Position numbers and translations under genes: made by a program. A stretch of DNA of 64,000 bases from Candidatus Woesebacteria bacterium (GTDB taxonomy: Bacteria > Patescibacteriota > Microgenomatia > UBA8517), in NCBI GenBank assembly GCA_013374835.1, contig CP055307.1, positions 407,315-471,314 on the forward strand, read 5' to 3'. This document shows, piece by piece, positions 9,121 through 18,432 of this stretch. Position 1 is the stretch's first letter; each line of letters begins with the position of its first letter. Below the pieces are notes generated by a model. It did no database searches. It had not been told where the DNA came from and worked only from the letters and a program-made list of their open reading frames with translations.

Positions 9121-10746
9121 ATGAAAGAGAAAATATTTTTAAAAATAAGGTCGCTTTTTTTTGAGCGCGTGCATGATGAAGCAAAATTGCTTCATAAAGG
9201 AATTAAAAAAAATCCTTCTTTTCTTTTTATTTTAGTTGGGATTGCGAGCATTATATGGCTTTTGTTAAGAAGCGCCAGAAAGCCGTCTAGATTATCTTAT
9301 CCTTGCCAGAGGGTAGCTTCTGCTAATTCGATTATTTTTATAAGCTGGGTAGGATCGGTATTTTTAAGCATATTTTCCAGACGCATAAGAAGTAGTGGAA
9401 AGATTTTAGTAAGAGGCGGTTTGATGCTTTTTTCTGTTGCACTTCTTTATATTGCATTGAAGACGGTTTACGTCTATTACAACCATTTTAATTTTGTGCC
9501 CTATGCTGTTGGGCAAACCGGATCCAGAGTTGTTTGGGTAAAACAGGATGGAGCGGCTACGGGCTGGAGTTCGAATTACGCTACACGGGTTAACGGTAAT
9601 ATTGTTGATTCAATGATGGATACGGCAATAACAAGACTTACCGGACAATCGACTGTAAAAGCAGCTTGGTCTCAGCTATTTAAAAATCATAACGGAGGGA
9701 GAGACTATCAGGCGGGAGAGACATTTGCTATTAAGGTAAATTTCAATAATAGTTATGACAGTAATTTGATAAATGCTAATTCTAAAGTTGTTAATGCTTT
9801 ATTAAGACAGTTAATAGTCGAAGTGGGCGTTAAACCAACTGATATAAGTGTTTATGATGTTTCAAGGTCTTTTCCTAGTGGTTTTTCATCTGACATAAGC
9901 AGCAGATTTCCTGGGGTTAGATTAAATACAGATCGTTCTGTGTGTGTTAGTTCTGGTGTTGGTTCGGCCCAGCTTGGGTGTGTATTGCAGAACTCTAAGT
10001 ATTTGATAAATATGCCACTTTTGAAAGTTCATGGAGATGGAGTTAAAGTAAGCATGAGTCTTAAAAATCATTTTGGGAGTTCTAATTCTCCTTCTTCTTT
10101 CCACAGTACTATGTATACAAATTCCAGGACAAGTTCACAGATAGTTATTAATAAGCAACCCGTGATAAAGAACAAGACAATTCTGGTTGTGGGAGATGGT
10201 ATTTATGGAACAAAAAAGGGTAAGGAAACTAGCAACCCCGGTGGGTCTGATGGAATTATTCCTTATCCAAATTCGATATTTGTATCCACAGATCCTATAG
10301 CTCTTGATTCTGTGATGATTGATTATATTGCAAGCCAACCTGATACGAAAATTTCCGGAACTAATTTGAGCTGGGTTCAAACTTTATACCAAAATGCTGC
10401 AGCTGAAGGTTTGGGAACTTTTGATACGAGTGCGGATACCAATTTTGATTTTAAGTATGACAAAATTAATCTAGTTCGCTGCGTGAATGGCAGCTGTAGC
10501 GGAAGCCCTCTCCCTACAAGTGTTTCTACACCTACCCCTACTTCTACTACTACCCCAATTCCTACGTCCGTTAGAAAACCGGGAGATGCGAACAATGACG
10601 GCAAGGTTGACGGACTTGACTATGTAATTTGGGTGGATAATTATGGAATTACGAGTGGGGCTAAGTTTTCTTTAGGTGATTTTAATGGCGATGGCAAGGT
10701 TGACGGACTTGACTATGTAATTTGGGTGGATAATTATGGAAGCTAG
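9121..10746 (+). CDS. membrane-anchored DUF362-like protein with a PT-linker and a C-terminal duplicated dockerin-like module
   Basis: Three N-terminal TM helices, then a central region resembling DUF362 (ILVVGDGIYGTKKG...), then the linker PTSVSTPTPTSTTTPIPTS, then GDANNDGKVDGLDYVIWVDNYG-ITSGAKFSL-GDFNGDGKVDGLDYVIWVDNYG. Confidence 0.7.
   Translation: MKEKIFLKIRSLFFERVHDEAKLLHKGIKKNPSFLFILVGIASIIWLLLRSARKPSRLSYPCQRVASANSIIFISWVGSVFLSIFSRRIRSSGKILVRGGLMLFSVALLYIALKTVYVYYNHFNFVPYAVGQTGSRVVWVKQDGAATGWSSNYATRVNGNIVDSMMDTAITRLTGQSTVKAAWSQLFKNHNGGRDYQAGETFAIKVNFNNSYDSNLINANSKVVNALLRQLIVEVGVKPTDISVYDVSRSFPSGFSSDISSRFPGVRLNTDRSVCVSSGVGSAQLGCVLQNSKYLINMPLLKVHGDGVKVSMSLKNHFGSSNSPSSFHSTMYTNSRTSSQIVINKQPVIKNKTILVVGDGIYGTKKGKETSNPGGSDGIIPYPNSIFVSTDPIALDSVMIDYIASQPDTKISGTNLSWVQTLYQNAAAEGLGTFDTSADTNFDFKYDKINLVRCVNGSCSGSPLPTSVSTPTPTSTTTPIPTSVRKPGDANNDGKVDGLDYVIWVDNYGITSGAKFSLGDFNGDGKVDGLDYVIWVDNYGS
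10582..10746 (+). repeat. dockerin-like duplicated Ca-loop module (gene A 3' end)
   Basis: Two 22-aa segments, each with a DxNxDGxVDxxD loop plus DYVIWVDNYG. Confidence 0.7.
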
Positions 10747-10751
10747 CGTTT

Positions 10752-12263
10752 ATGGCTGGTAAGTTTATTAAAGTTGGAGCTGTAGGTACATTTTTTTTAA
10801 GCATTTTTTTGTTTTTATTGACGAGACCTTTGTATGCAGTGCGCACAGTTCCTACTCAAAGCGAGAGAGGAGGAATTTTTACATATCCTTATAACAATGA
10901 TTGGGCGGGAATGGGTGCCATTTTATTTGGAGCTCTTAGTGATAATTTTTCTAAGATGCCTCCTAATGGTCTTAAGATAAAACACGCACGTTTTCATCAT
11001 TTTAATACTTGGGATGAAACAGGAGGACACACAGGTTTTCCTTATTCAAAACTGATTGCTCTTAATAATTCTGAGATTGCCGCAGGTAGACCTCCGGTAA
11101 TGGTTACCGCGACATATCAAGGTAAGACAAGATATGTTTATTTTCAGTCTGGTTATCCTCGTGGGAATAATTATCAGCTTGCTGACGTGGCAGATGACCG
11201 TTTTATCGATTTTTTTGTTAATGAATATGTCAGAAAAATTGCCTATCCTGGACAAACAACCCTGGGTCCTGCTGATTGGATAGGCTCTGATAATGGAATG
11301 TTTAGCCCTAGCAACTATGGTGTTTTTGATGACAGTGGAAATTTTGTTCGTTTTGGAAGCTCTGGACTTGTTATGAATGATCCTTTTTGGAAAACTCCAG
11401 CTGAGTATTACGAGGATATCGCAACTTTTTTCAGAAAAATCAAAGCAAAATACCCTGATGTAAAGATAATGGTAAATATGGGATCTATGGGAGATTGGAG
11501 TAAATTTGAGCAAGTATATAAAGATATACCTGGAGTAGCTCACGAGGATTTGTTTGACCTTTCTAATGGTCAGGTTACTAATAGGGATATTATGTTTGAT
11601 TGGTGGACACGCTATAAATGGTTTGCTTCTCAAAACAAGGTTGCTCTGCTTCGTGTTAGAGGCATTCCAGATAATAATACGGACATTATTCGTACTGCTT
11701 ATTTGGCATATTTGATGGTGTATGGGGATAACTTTTTTCATAATTTACAGCCGGCTAGTTCTGATACTACTGAGCTTAATCCTATATATGCTCAACAAAT
11801 TAGAAACTCTGTTGGTGATCCGATTGGCGAGTTTAGTAGTAGTCAAGAATCCGGTAGGTCACGGGGGTATCGTTTATATTGGCGTCAGACTACAAAGGGG
11901 ATGATTTATCTTAATTTTACTGGTTCTACAAAGTCTGTAACATTACCTACGGATAAAGTTTATTATAATAGGAATGGCAATCGTGTAACATCTATAACTA
12001 TTTCTGACGGAGTAGGTGATTATGTGACTTTTGAGGGGAATCCTAGACCAACTTCAACTCCTAGTGCGACTTCAAGCCCTGTATCGGGTACTTTGATGGG
12101 CGACGCCAATGGCGATGGCAGGGTCGATGGGCTTGACTATGTAATTTGGGTGGATAATTATGGAATTACGAGTGGGGCTAAGTTTTCTTTAGGTGATTTT
12201 AATGGCGATGGCAGGGTCGATGGGCTTGACTATGTAATTTGGGTGGATAATTATTCTTTATAA
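10752..12263 (+). CDS. secreted protein of unknown function with a C-terminal duplicated dockerin-like module
   Basis: Signal peptide/TM at the N-terminus. Ends GDANGDGRVDGLDYVIWVDNYG-ITSGAKFSL-GDFNGDGRVDGLDYVIWVDNY. Confidence 0.7.
   Translation: MAGKFIKVGAVGTFFLSIFLFLLTRPLYAVRTVPTQSERGGIFTYPYNNDWAGMGAILFGALSDNFSKMPPNGLKIKHARFHHFNTWDETGGHTGFPYSKLIALNNSEIAAGRPPVMVTATYQGKTRYVYFQSGYPRGNNYQLADVADDRFIDFFVNEYVRKIAYPGQTTLGPADWIGSDNGMFSPSNYGVFDDSGNFVRFGSSGLVMNDPFWKTPAEYYEDIATFFRKIKAKYPDVKIMVNMGSMGDWSKFEQVYKDIPGVAHEDLFDLSNGQVTNRDIMFDWWTRYKWFASQNKVALLRVRGIPDNNTDIIRTAYLAYLMVYGDNFFHNLQPASSDTTELNPIYAQQIRNSVGDPIGEFSSSQESGRSRGYRLYWRQTTKGMIYLNFTGSTKSVTLPTDKVYYNRNGNRVTSITISDGVGDYVTFEGNPRPTSTPSATSSPVSGTLMGDANGDGRVDGLDYVIWVDNYGITSGAKFSLGDFNGDGRVDGLDYVIWVDNYSL
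12099..12263 (+). repeat. dockerin-like duplicated module (gene B 3' end; ~80 nt identical to gene A)
   Basis: Shares a long exact nucleotide stretch (gactatgtaatttgggtggataattatggaattacgagtggggctaagttttctttaggtgattttaatggcgatggca) with gene A. Confidence 0.7.
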
Positions 12264-12320
12264 TCTACTTTAATAAAAAAGTTCTTGTAAAAGGATTTTT
12301 AAATAAATAATATTTAAAAT

Positions 12321-13685
12321 ATGTTCAAAAATTTAATTATAAGCTTTTTTGTATTTGGTATATATTGTTTTTTGTTTTTTAAGTTTGCTTTAGCTCAGAG
12401 TTTTCCTACAATTTCTATTGAATCGTATGTTTCAGGATTTGATAGACCTATTAATATTGCAAATCCTAGTGATGGCACAAATAGACTTTTTATTGTGGAG
12501 CAGATCGGTCGAGTAAGAATTATTGAGGATGGTTCGCTTCTTGATGAGCCTTTTTTAGACATTCGTTCAAAAGTTTCTTGTTGTTATGAAAGGGGGCTAC
12601 TTAGTATTGCATTTTCTCCTAATTACAGAAGTAATGGACATTTTTATGTTAATTATACAAATAAAAGCGGAGATACTGTTATTTCGAGATTTACTGTGTT
12701 GTCGACTGATCCTAATAAAGCAGATTCTTCATCTGAGGAGATAATTTTAACTATTGATCAACCTGCGGGGAATCATAATGGTGGACACATGGAGTTTGGG
12801 CCTGATGGGTATTTATATATTGGCATGGGTGATGGGGGTGGAAGCGGGGATCCTGATAATAATGGTCAAAATAAAAATACTCTTCTTGGAAAGATGCTTA
12901 GAATAGATCCGGAAAACGCAATTGGTTCTAATAAGTATGCTATACCTAGTTCAAATCCTTTTTATAATCAAGAAGGTGTTCGTGGTGAAATCTGGGCATA
13001 TGGTCTGAGAAATCCTTGGAGATTTTCTTTCGATTCGAAAACTGGTGATTTATATATAGCTGACGTTGGGCAATTTAAACTTGAGGAGGTAAATTTTCAA
13101 TCAGCTAATTCTACTGGTGGTCAAAATTATGGATGGAGAATAATGGAGGGAACAAGTTGCTTTAATCCCTCTAATTGTAATAAGGAAGGGATTACCTTGC
13201 CAGTTATTGAATACAACCATAGTCAAGGGTGTTCCATAACTGGAGGTGTTGTTTATCGTGGACATGAGTACCCTCAACTGGATGGGATTTATTTTTATGC
13301 AGATTATTGTTCCGGGCGTTTTTGGGGATTGAAAAGATTTGATGATCACTGGCAAAGCACATTATTGTTGACTACTCAGTATCAGCCTACCAGTTTTGGA
13401 AGAGATAAAAATGGGAGGGTTTATTTTACTGATTTGGCAAATAATACAGTTTATGAAATAGTTGGAGATACTGTGCCTGCAAGCGGTATATCAAGTCCTA
13501 CAGCTTCATCGACTATCCCGGGAGATGGAAATAGTGACGGTCGTGTTGATGGGCTTGATTATGTTATTTGGGTGGATAATTATGGGAATCCAAATGTTCA
13601 TGGGGCACATGACGGGGACTTTAATAATGACGAAAAAGTGGACGGACTAGATTATGTTATTTGGGTGGATAATTATACAGTTTAA
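12321..13685 (+). CDS. PQQ-dependent sugar (glucose/sorbosone) dehydrogenase-family beta-propeller protein with a C-terminal dockerin-like module
   Basis: Signal peptide, then GLLSIAFSPNYRSNGHFYVNYTN, DQPAGNHNGGHMEFGPDGYLYIGMGDGG and LGKMLRID, which are characteristic of the GSDH/SGDH family. C-terminus GDGNSDGRVDGLDYVIWVDNYG...GDFNNDEKVDGLDYVIWVDNY. Confidence 0.7.
   Translation: MFKNLIISFFVFGIYCFLFFKFALAQSFPTISIESYVSGFDRPINIANPSDGTNRLFIVEQIGRVRIIEDGSLLDEPFLDIRSKVSCCYERGLLSIAFSPNYRSNGHFYVNYTNKSGDTVISRFTVLSTDPNKADSSSEEIILTIDQPAGNHNGGHMEFGPDGYLYIGMGDGGGSGDPDNNGQNKNTLLGKMLRIDPENAIGSNKYAIPSSNPFYNQEGVRGEIWAYGLRNPWRFSFDSKTGDLYIADVGQFKLEEVNFQSANSTGGQNYGWRIMEGTSCFNPSNCNKEGITLPVIEYNHSQGCSITGGVVYRGHEYPQLDGIYFYADYCSGRFWGLKRFDDHWQSTLLLTTQYQPTSFGRDKNGRVYFTDLANNTVYEIVGDTVPASGISSPTASSTIPGDGNSDGRVDGLDYVIWVDNYGNPNVHGAHDGDFNNDEKVDGLDYVIWVDNYTV
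13521..13685 (+). repeat. dockerin-like duplicated module (gene C)
   Basis: Same two-segment architecture. Shares ~65 nt exactly with the gene D module. Confidence 0.7.
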
Positions 13686-13787
13686 ATTTTCCTGCTAGCA
13701 GGGTTCATTTCTTCATATAATTATTTTATTGTTAAGTAATCAATTCTTGAATCCTAGTGTATTTAGAGGGTATTATTGAACAAGCGA

Positions 13788-15368
13788 ATGCTTAAGAAGA
13801 TTTTTATCGGTTTTTGGGCGATTTTTTGTTTTTTTGTTTTTACTGGTACAGTATATTCGGAGTCTCCAAATAGGTCGTGGGAAGAGGCTTATGATAAGAA
13901 GAATATAAGGCACTCAAGCGGTATGGTTACCGATTCTTCGGCAGATATGCTTAAGCTTCCAAGTGTGCTTTATAGATATCCTGCCAATCCTGATTTTACA
14001 ATAGCGAAAATACAGCCTACTGTTGAATTTGGTATTCCCCAGCTCGTACCAGAATATTTGAGTAGTGGAGGGCCTTATGGTGGTTGGGCAAGGAGTTTTT
14101 ATGGGCCTGATGGAAAGTTTTATTTTACTATTGGCAATCATAATAGATATGCGGCAGATGCCTTTTTGTTTACTTATGATCCGGCTACCAAGACACACAG
14201 CAGAATTTTGAGTACCAAAGAAGTTTCCGGTTGGAGTGATAGCGATTATGGAGATGGCAAACTTCACGGAGATCCCGTTATTTCTCCTAATGGTGATATG
14301 TGGCTTTTGACTTTTTGGGGACCGGAACCGAGTTTATCTGATTTCGGATCTAGCTATTTTGGTGGACATTTAATTTTCTATAATATTTTTAGCAAAAAGT
14401 CTGAATATCTTGGTAGGCCTGTTTCGGATGATAGTTGGCCTGCACATGTATGGGATTGGGAGAGGGAAAGACTTTATGCTGTTGGGGAATGGAGTCGGTA
14501 TTATGGAAAAGAAGGTTATGGAAAATTTATGATTTATGATACAAAAAATAGGAAAGTTGTTTTTGAAGGTTTACCCAAAACAGAAGGTGGAGAAGAAATA
14601 CATTGGTATCATAGGTCAGTGCTTCTTGATAGAGAGACGGGTATTATATATGGAACAGAGTCTTCACCTCCCTATCGTTTTGTGAGTTATAATCCAGCAA
14701 CAGATAAATTTTTGTTTCAAAATGCGAGACTTTCCTCTCCGCTTAGGGCGTGGACAAAAAGAAAAGACCCAAATCGCGCATTTTGGATTTTTGATTATGA
14801 TGGAAATATATATAAATTTTTTCCAGCAGAAGATCGAGTTGAGAAAATCGGGAAAAATTGGATGAATGGTACTTATATTGCGGATATAGAGTTAAGTCCT
14901 TCCGGAAGATATTTGTATTATCCAGTAGCTTCAATAAGTAGTGATTATGGTTTTCCGATAGTTCAATATGATACTCAAAAAAATACTAAGAAGGTTATTG
15001 CGTTTTTATCTGAATACTACCATCGGGAGTATGGGTATGGGATTCAGGGTAGTTACGCTGTTTCATTAAGTCAAGATGGAAGTTCTCTTTTTGTTCAGGT
15101 AAATGGGAGATTTTGTCCGGGTGTACGAGATAAGGCATATGGTCGCCCTGCAATCTTTCATATAAGGATCCCCTCTTCTGAAAGAAGTGAAGATTTTATG
15201 TATGGAGATGGAAATAGTGACGGTCGTGTTGATGGGCTTGATTATGTTATTTGGGTGGATAATTATGGCAAGCTAAACCCAAATGGTCCAGCCGATGGTG
15301 ATTTTAATAAGGACAATAAAGTTGATGGGCTTGATTATGTTATTTGGGTGGATAATTATGGAATTTAA
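13788..15368 (+). CDS. secreted protein (unknown, beta-rich) with a C-terminal dockerin-like module; paralog of the next gene
   Basis: Signal peptide. SPNRSWEEAYDK..., GDGKLHGDPVISPNGDMWLL... The ORF track starts at a TTG at 13776; the ATG at 13788 is preferred. Confidence 0.65.
   Translation: MLKKIFIGFWAIFCFFVFTGTVYSESPNRSWEEAYDKKNIRHSSGMVTDSSADMLKLPSVLYRYPANPDFTIAKIQPTVEFGIPQLVPEYLSSGGPYGGWARSFYGPDGKFYFTIGNHNRYAADAFLFTYDPATKTHSRILSTKEVSGWSDSDYGDGKLHGDPVISPNGDMWLLTFWGPEPSLSDFGSSYFGGHLIFYNIFSKKSEYLGRPVSDDSWPAHVWDWERERLYAVGEWSRYYGKEGYGKFMIYDTKNRKVVFEGLPKTEGGEEIHWYHRSVLLDRETGIIYGTESSPPYRFVSYNPATDKFLFQNARLSSPLRAWTKRKDPNRAFWIFDYDGNIYKFFPAEDRVEKIGKNWMNGTYIADIELSPSGRYLYYPVASISSDYGFPIVQYDTQKNTKKVIAFLSEYYHREYGYGIQGSYAVSLSQDGSSLFVQVNGRFCPGVRDKAYGRPAIFHIRIPSSERSEDFMYGDGNSDGRVDGLDYVIWVDNYGKLNPNGPADGDFNKDNKVDGLDYVIWVDNYGI
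15204..15368 (+). repeat. dockerin-like duplicated module (gene D)
   Basis: GDGNSDGRVDGLDYVIWVDNYG-KLNPNGPAD-GDFNKDNKVDGLDYVIWVDNYG. Confidence 0.7.
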
Positions 15369-15385
15369 GTTCAAGATTAGTTAGG

Positions 15386-17089
15386 ATGTTTATTTTTATG
15401 GGTTTTATTAAAAGAATAATTTTAGAGGTACTCCTATTATTATTTTTATTTTTTATTAATTCAAAGTTTGTTTTTGCTGAAACTCCAAATAGAAGCTGGG
15501 AATTAGCTTATGATAAGCTTAATATAAGAAGACAAAATAAGATGTTTACAGATAATTCTTTAGATTTTTTGAAGGTACCCTCTTATACTTCAAGTCATGG
15601 TGCAAGCATAGCTAAGACACCGCCTATCATACATTTTGGAATTGTACAGCTTACTCCAGAGTATCTTCCTGGAAGCTATCCTCGGGCTGCTTATGGAGGT
15701 TGGGGTGAGGGTGTTACAGGACCTGATGGTAATTATTATTTTGCAATTGGGAACCATGGTAGTTATGCGGATTCGGATGGGCCTGCCGCTAATGCTTATA
15801 TAATAAAATACGATCCTCAAGTAAAGAGACATCAAATAGAGTTGAGTAACAAAGAGGTTTGTGGATGGAGCGATTCTACTTATGGTGATGGAAAACTACA
15901 TGGTGAACCGTATATTGCTTCAAATGGGGACATGTGGCTTCTTGGTTTTTTTGGAGCTTATCCTCGCCGATCTGATTGGGGAACAAAGTATTTTGGTGGT
16001 AGTCTTATATATCACAATATTTTTACAGGTAAATCCGAATGTTTGGGGCGGCCAGTAGAAGATGACGCGTGGCCTATACACACTTGGGATTGGCAGAGGA
16101 ATAGGCTTTATGCGATTGGTGAATGGGGTGTGACAAATGATGGTGGTTTTAGCGGAGATGAGTACCGTTTTAATGGTTATGGAGCTTGGGATTATGGTAA
16201 ACTTTTAGTCTATGATACAAAGAATCGGACCATTATTTATGGTCAGGTTCCCAAAGTAAGTACAACGAGTGAGACTATTAAGTGGTGGAGAAGAGGTCTT
16301 TTGTTAGATAGAGAAACGGGTAAATTATATGGTACATCAACAACTTCGCCATATAATTTTTATAGTTATGATCCTATTTCAAATAAATTTTCTAAGATGA
16401 ACGCTAATCTTTCTGCTCCTCTTATTTCTTGGCCAAAGAGAAAAAATAAAGATGGTTCTTTTTACATTTTTGATAGAAATGGGGGTTTTTATAAATTTTA
16501 TCCAGAGCAAGATTACGTTCAACGAATAGGAAATAATTATGGAAGTACTTATACAGAGACTATGGAATTAAGTCCAGGTGGTCGTTATCTTTATTATATA
16601 CCCGATTCTAATGATGCCGGTGAATTGGGTTTCCCTATTATTCAGTACGATACACAAACGGGACAAAATAAAGTAATAGCGTTCTTGATGGAGTTTTATT
16701 TTTTAAAGTACGGCTATGCTCCTATAGGTTGTTATGGTCTTTCTTTAAGTAGTGATGGTGCCCATCTTTATGCGCATGTAAATGGGCGATTTGGGCCTGA
16801 TAGGAGTACTTATGGCGGTACTAGGCCTTCTATTATTCATGTTGAAATTCCAGCCTCGGAAAGAAGTGGTGATCCTGTACCAAGCGCAACTCCCCATCCT
16901 TCTTTTTCACCTACCCAAAAGCCTGGGGATGCAAATTTAGACGGGCGGGTTGATGGGCTTGATTATGTTATTTGGGTGGATAATTATGGAGTGACTAGCG
17001 GAGTTGATTTTTCTAAGGGTGATTTTAACAACGATTTCAAGGTTGATGGGCTTGATTATGTTATTTGGGTGGATAATTATGGAAATTAA
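15386..17089 (+). CDS. secreted protein, tandem paralog of the 13788..15368 gene, with a C-terminal dockerin-like module
   Basis: The N-terminal region (TPNRSWELAYDK...GDGKLHGEPYIASNGDMWLL) parallels gene D. Ends GDANLDGRVDGLDYVIWVDNYG...GDFNNDFKVDGLDYVIWVDNYG. Confidence 0.65.
   Translation: MFIFMGFIKRIILEVLLLLFLFFINSKFVFAETPNRSWELAYDKLNIRRQNKMFTDNSLDFLKVPSYTSSHGASIAKTPPIIHFGIVQLTPEYLPGSYPRAAYGGWGEGVTGPDGNYYFAIGNHGSYADSDGPAANAYIIKYDPQVKRHQIELSNKEVCGWSDSTYGDGKLHGEPYIASNGDMWLLGFFGAYPRRSDWGTKYFGGSLIYHNIFTGKSECLGRPVEDDAWPIHTWDWQRNRLYAIGEWGVTNDGGFSGDEYRFNGYGAWDYGKLLVYDTKNRTIIYGQVPKVSTTSETIKWWRRGLLLDRETGKLYGTSTTSPYNFYSYDPISNKFSKMNANLSAPLISWPKRKNKDGSFYIFDRNGGFYKFYPEQDYVQRIGNNYGSTYTETMELSPGGRYLYYIPDSNDAGELGFPIIQYDTQTGQNKVIAFLMEFYFLKYGYAPIGCYGLSLSSDGAHLYAHVNGRFGPDRSTYGGTRPSIIHVEIPASERSGDPVPSATPHPSFSPTQKPGDANLDGRVDGLDYVIWVDNYGVTSGVDFSKGDFNNDFKVDGLDYVIWVDNYGN
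16925..17089 (+). repeat. dockerin-like duplicated module (gene E)
   Basis: Two Ca-loop segments. The start codon of the next gene lies inside the terminal GATAATTATGG. Confidence 0.7.
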
Positions 17090-18371
17090 GAAATTGTCAA
17101 ATAAGTTCCTTTTTTTGCTTTTTTTTGCAGCGTTTTATTTTTTTGTTTCTCCAGTTTCGTCTTATGCTATGAATTGTCCAGGTGCTAAAAAAGGTCGTTA
17201 TCATGGTGTTTATGGTGTATGGTCAACGAGTGATTATCAATATTTGGCTGCACATGGCGTGAATTGGATAGTTGTTGAGATTTGGGATTACGATCCTCTT
17301 AAAGGTCTTGAGGCATTAAATGCAGCTGCGGATAATAATATCAAAGTTGCAATTTTAATTATTCAACGAGGTGAATTTGGGTCAAGTTCGTTTACTTTGG
17401 CTGAAGCAGATAAGCGCTTTAAGCGTTTTTTTAATTATGTAATTCCTTCAAACAACAAATATGCTCCCGGAAAAGAGCTTAAATATCATCCTGCGTTAGC
17501 TGCTAATTATGCTTATAGTATGAATCATCAAGTTTTAGATGATTGGGCTAATGGTACGAGTAAAATCAACGTATTAGTAACAGAGCATAGAAAGAAGATA
17601 TATGAATTTAATAAAGAGATGACAATGAGGGATGATGGAACCTGGGTTCCCCTGCTTGTACATTATAGGTCAGTAATTCAAATGGAAAAATATGATAATT
17701 GGCATGGTGATGGCATAAAGAGGGGTTTTGAAGCTGGAGAAGCAGATATTGCGCTTCTTCATGACTATCCGCTTTTTTATACACATGAGGGTGATAACGA
17801 TCCGACAACAGGACCTGCTGAAGAAATGCTTGCTTTTTTTAAGCGTGAGCGTGATTACATTAAAGCTCGTGATTCAAATATAGAGATTAATATGCTTCTT
17901 GGAGCGACTGTGGGCGGAAGTATGCCTACACCTTCTCAATTTGAACAATGGGCCTGTATGCTGGCTCAAGCTGGTGGTGCTGATGCTATTTCGTGGTGGC
18001 CTTGGAGACATGGACAATATTCTTCTCAACTAGGGTCGATGTCAGGAGGTAGCTATATGTATCCAGATCAGCATTGTGCACTTTATAGTATTGCTGCTTC
18101 GTTCATACCTGAATGGCTTAGACAGAATTCACCCAATCCTCCGGGACATTGTCCTGATATTCCCATACCTAGTATAGTTCCATCAGCTACTCCTTCAGTG
18201 AAGTTTGGTGATGCTAATGGAGACTTCCGCGTTGACGGGCTTGATTATGTTATTTGGGTGGATAATTATGGTATGAGCAGTGGCGCTGATTTTTCAAAGG
18301 GGGATTTTAATGGAGACTTCCGCGTTGACGGGCTTGATTATGTAATTTGGGTAGATAATTATGGTACTTGA
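17079..18371 (+). CDS. secreted protein (possibly TIM-barrel hydrolase-like, unknown) with a C-terminal dockerin-like module
   Basis: The start ATG at 17079 is in frame within ORF 17004..18371 and gives the signal peptide MEIKKLSNKFLFLLFFAAFYFFVSPVSSYA. Ends GDANGDFRVDGLDYVIWVDNYG-MSSGADFSK-GDFNGDFRVDGLDYVIWVDNYG. Confidence 0.65.
   Translation: MEIKKLSNKFLFLLFFAAFYFFVSPVSSYAMNCPGAKKGRYHGVYGVWSTSDYQYLAAHGVNWIVVEIWDYDPLKGLEALNAAADNNIKVAILIIQRGEFGSSSFTLAEADKRFKRFFNYVIPSNNKYAPGKELKYHPALAANYAYSMNHQVLDDWANGTSKINVLVTEHRKKIYEFNKEMTMRDDGTWVPLLVHYRSVIQMEKYDNWHGDGIKRGFEAGEADIALLHDYPLFYTHEGDNDPTTGPAEEMLAFFKRERDYIKARDSNIEINMLLGATVGGSMPTPSQFEQWACMLAQAGGADAISWWPWRHGQYSSQLGSMSGGSYMYPDQHCALYSIAASFIPEWLRQNSPNPPGHCPDIPIPSIVPSATPSVKFGDANGDFRVDGLDYVIWVDNYGMSSGADFSKGDFNGDFRVDGLDYVIWVDNYGT
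18207..18371 (+). repeat. dockerin-like duplicated module (gene F)
   Basis: Same architecture; Phe replaces Gly in the loops (GDFRVDG). Confidence 0.7.
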
Positions 18372-18432
18372 TTTTTTTCTTGAAAGTATTTTATTCTTAA
18401 TAAAGTATTTTATTTTTAATTTTATTTAAAGG

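Noticed and set aside
10576-18371. The highly repetitive 35-nt unit (cttgaNtatgtNatttgggtggataattatgg) recurring at regular spacing, superficially CRISPR-like
   Set aside because: The repeats are in-frame coding sequence (dockerin-like DGLDYVIWVDNYG). Their spacing is irregular (30 nt within a gene, 1.3-1.7 kb between genes), there are no short uniform spacers, and there are no cas genes.
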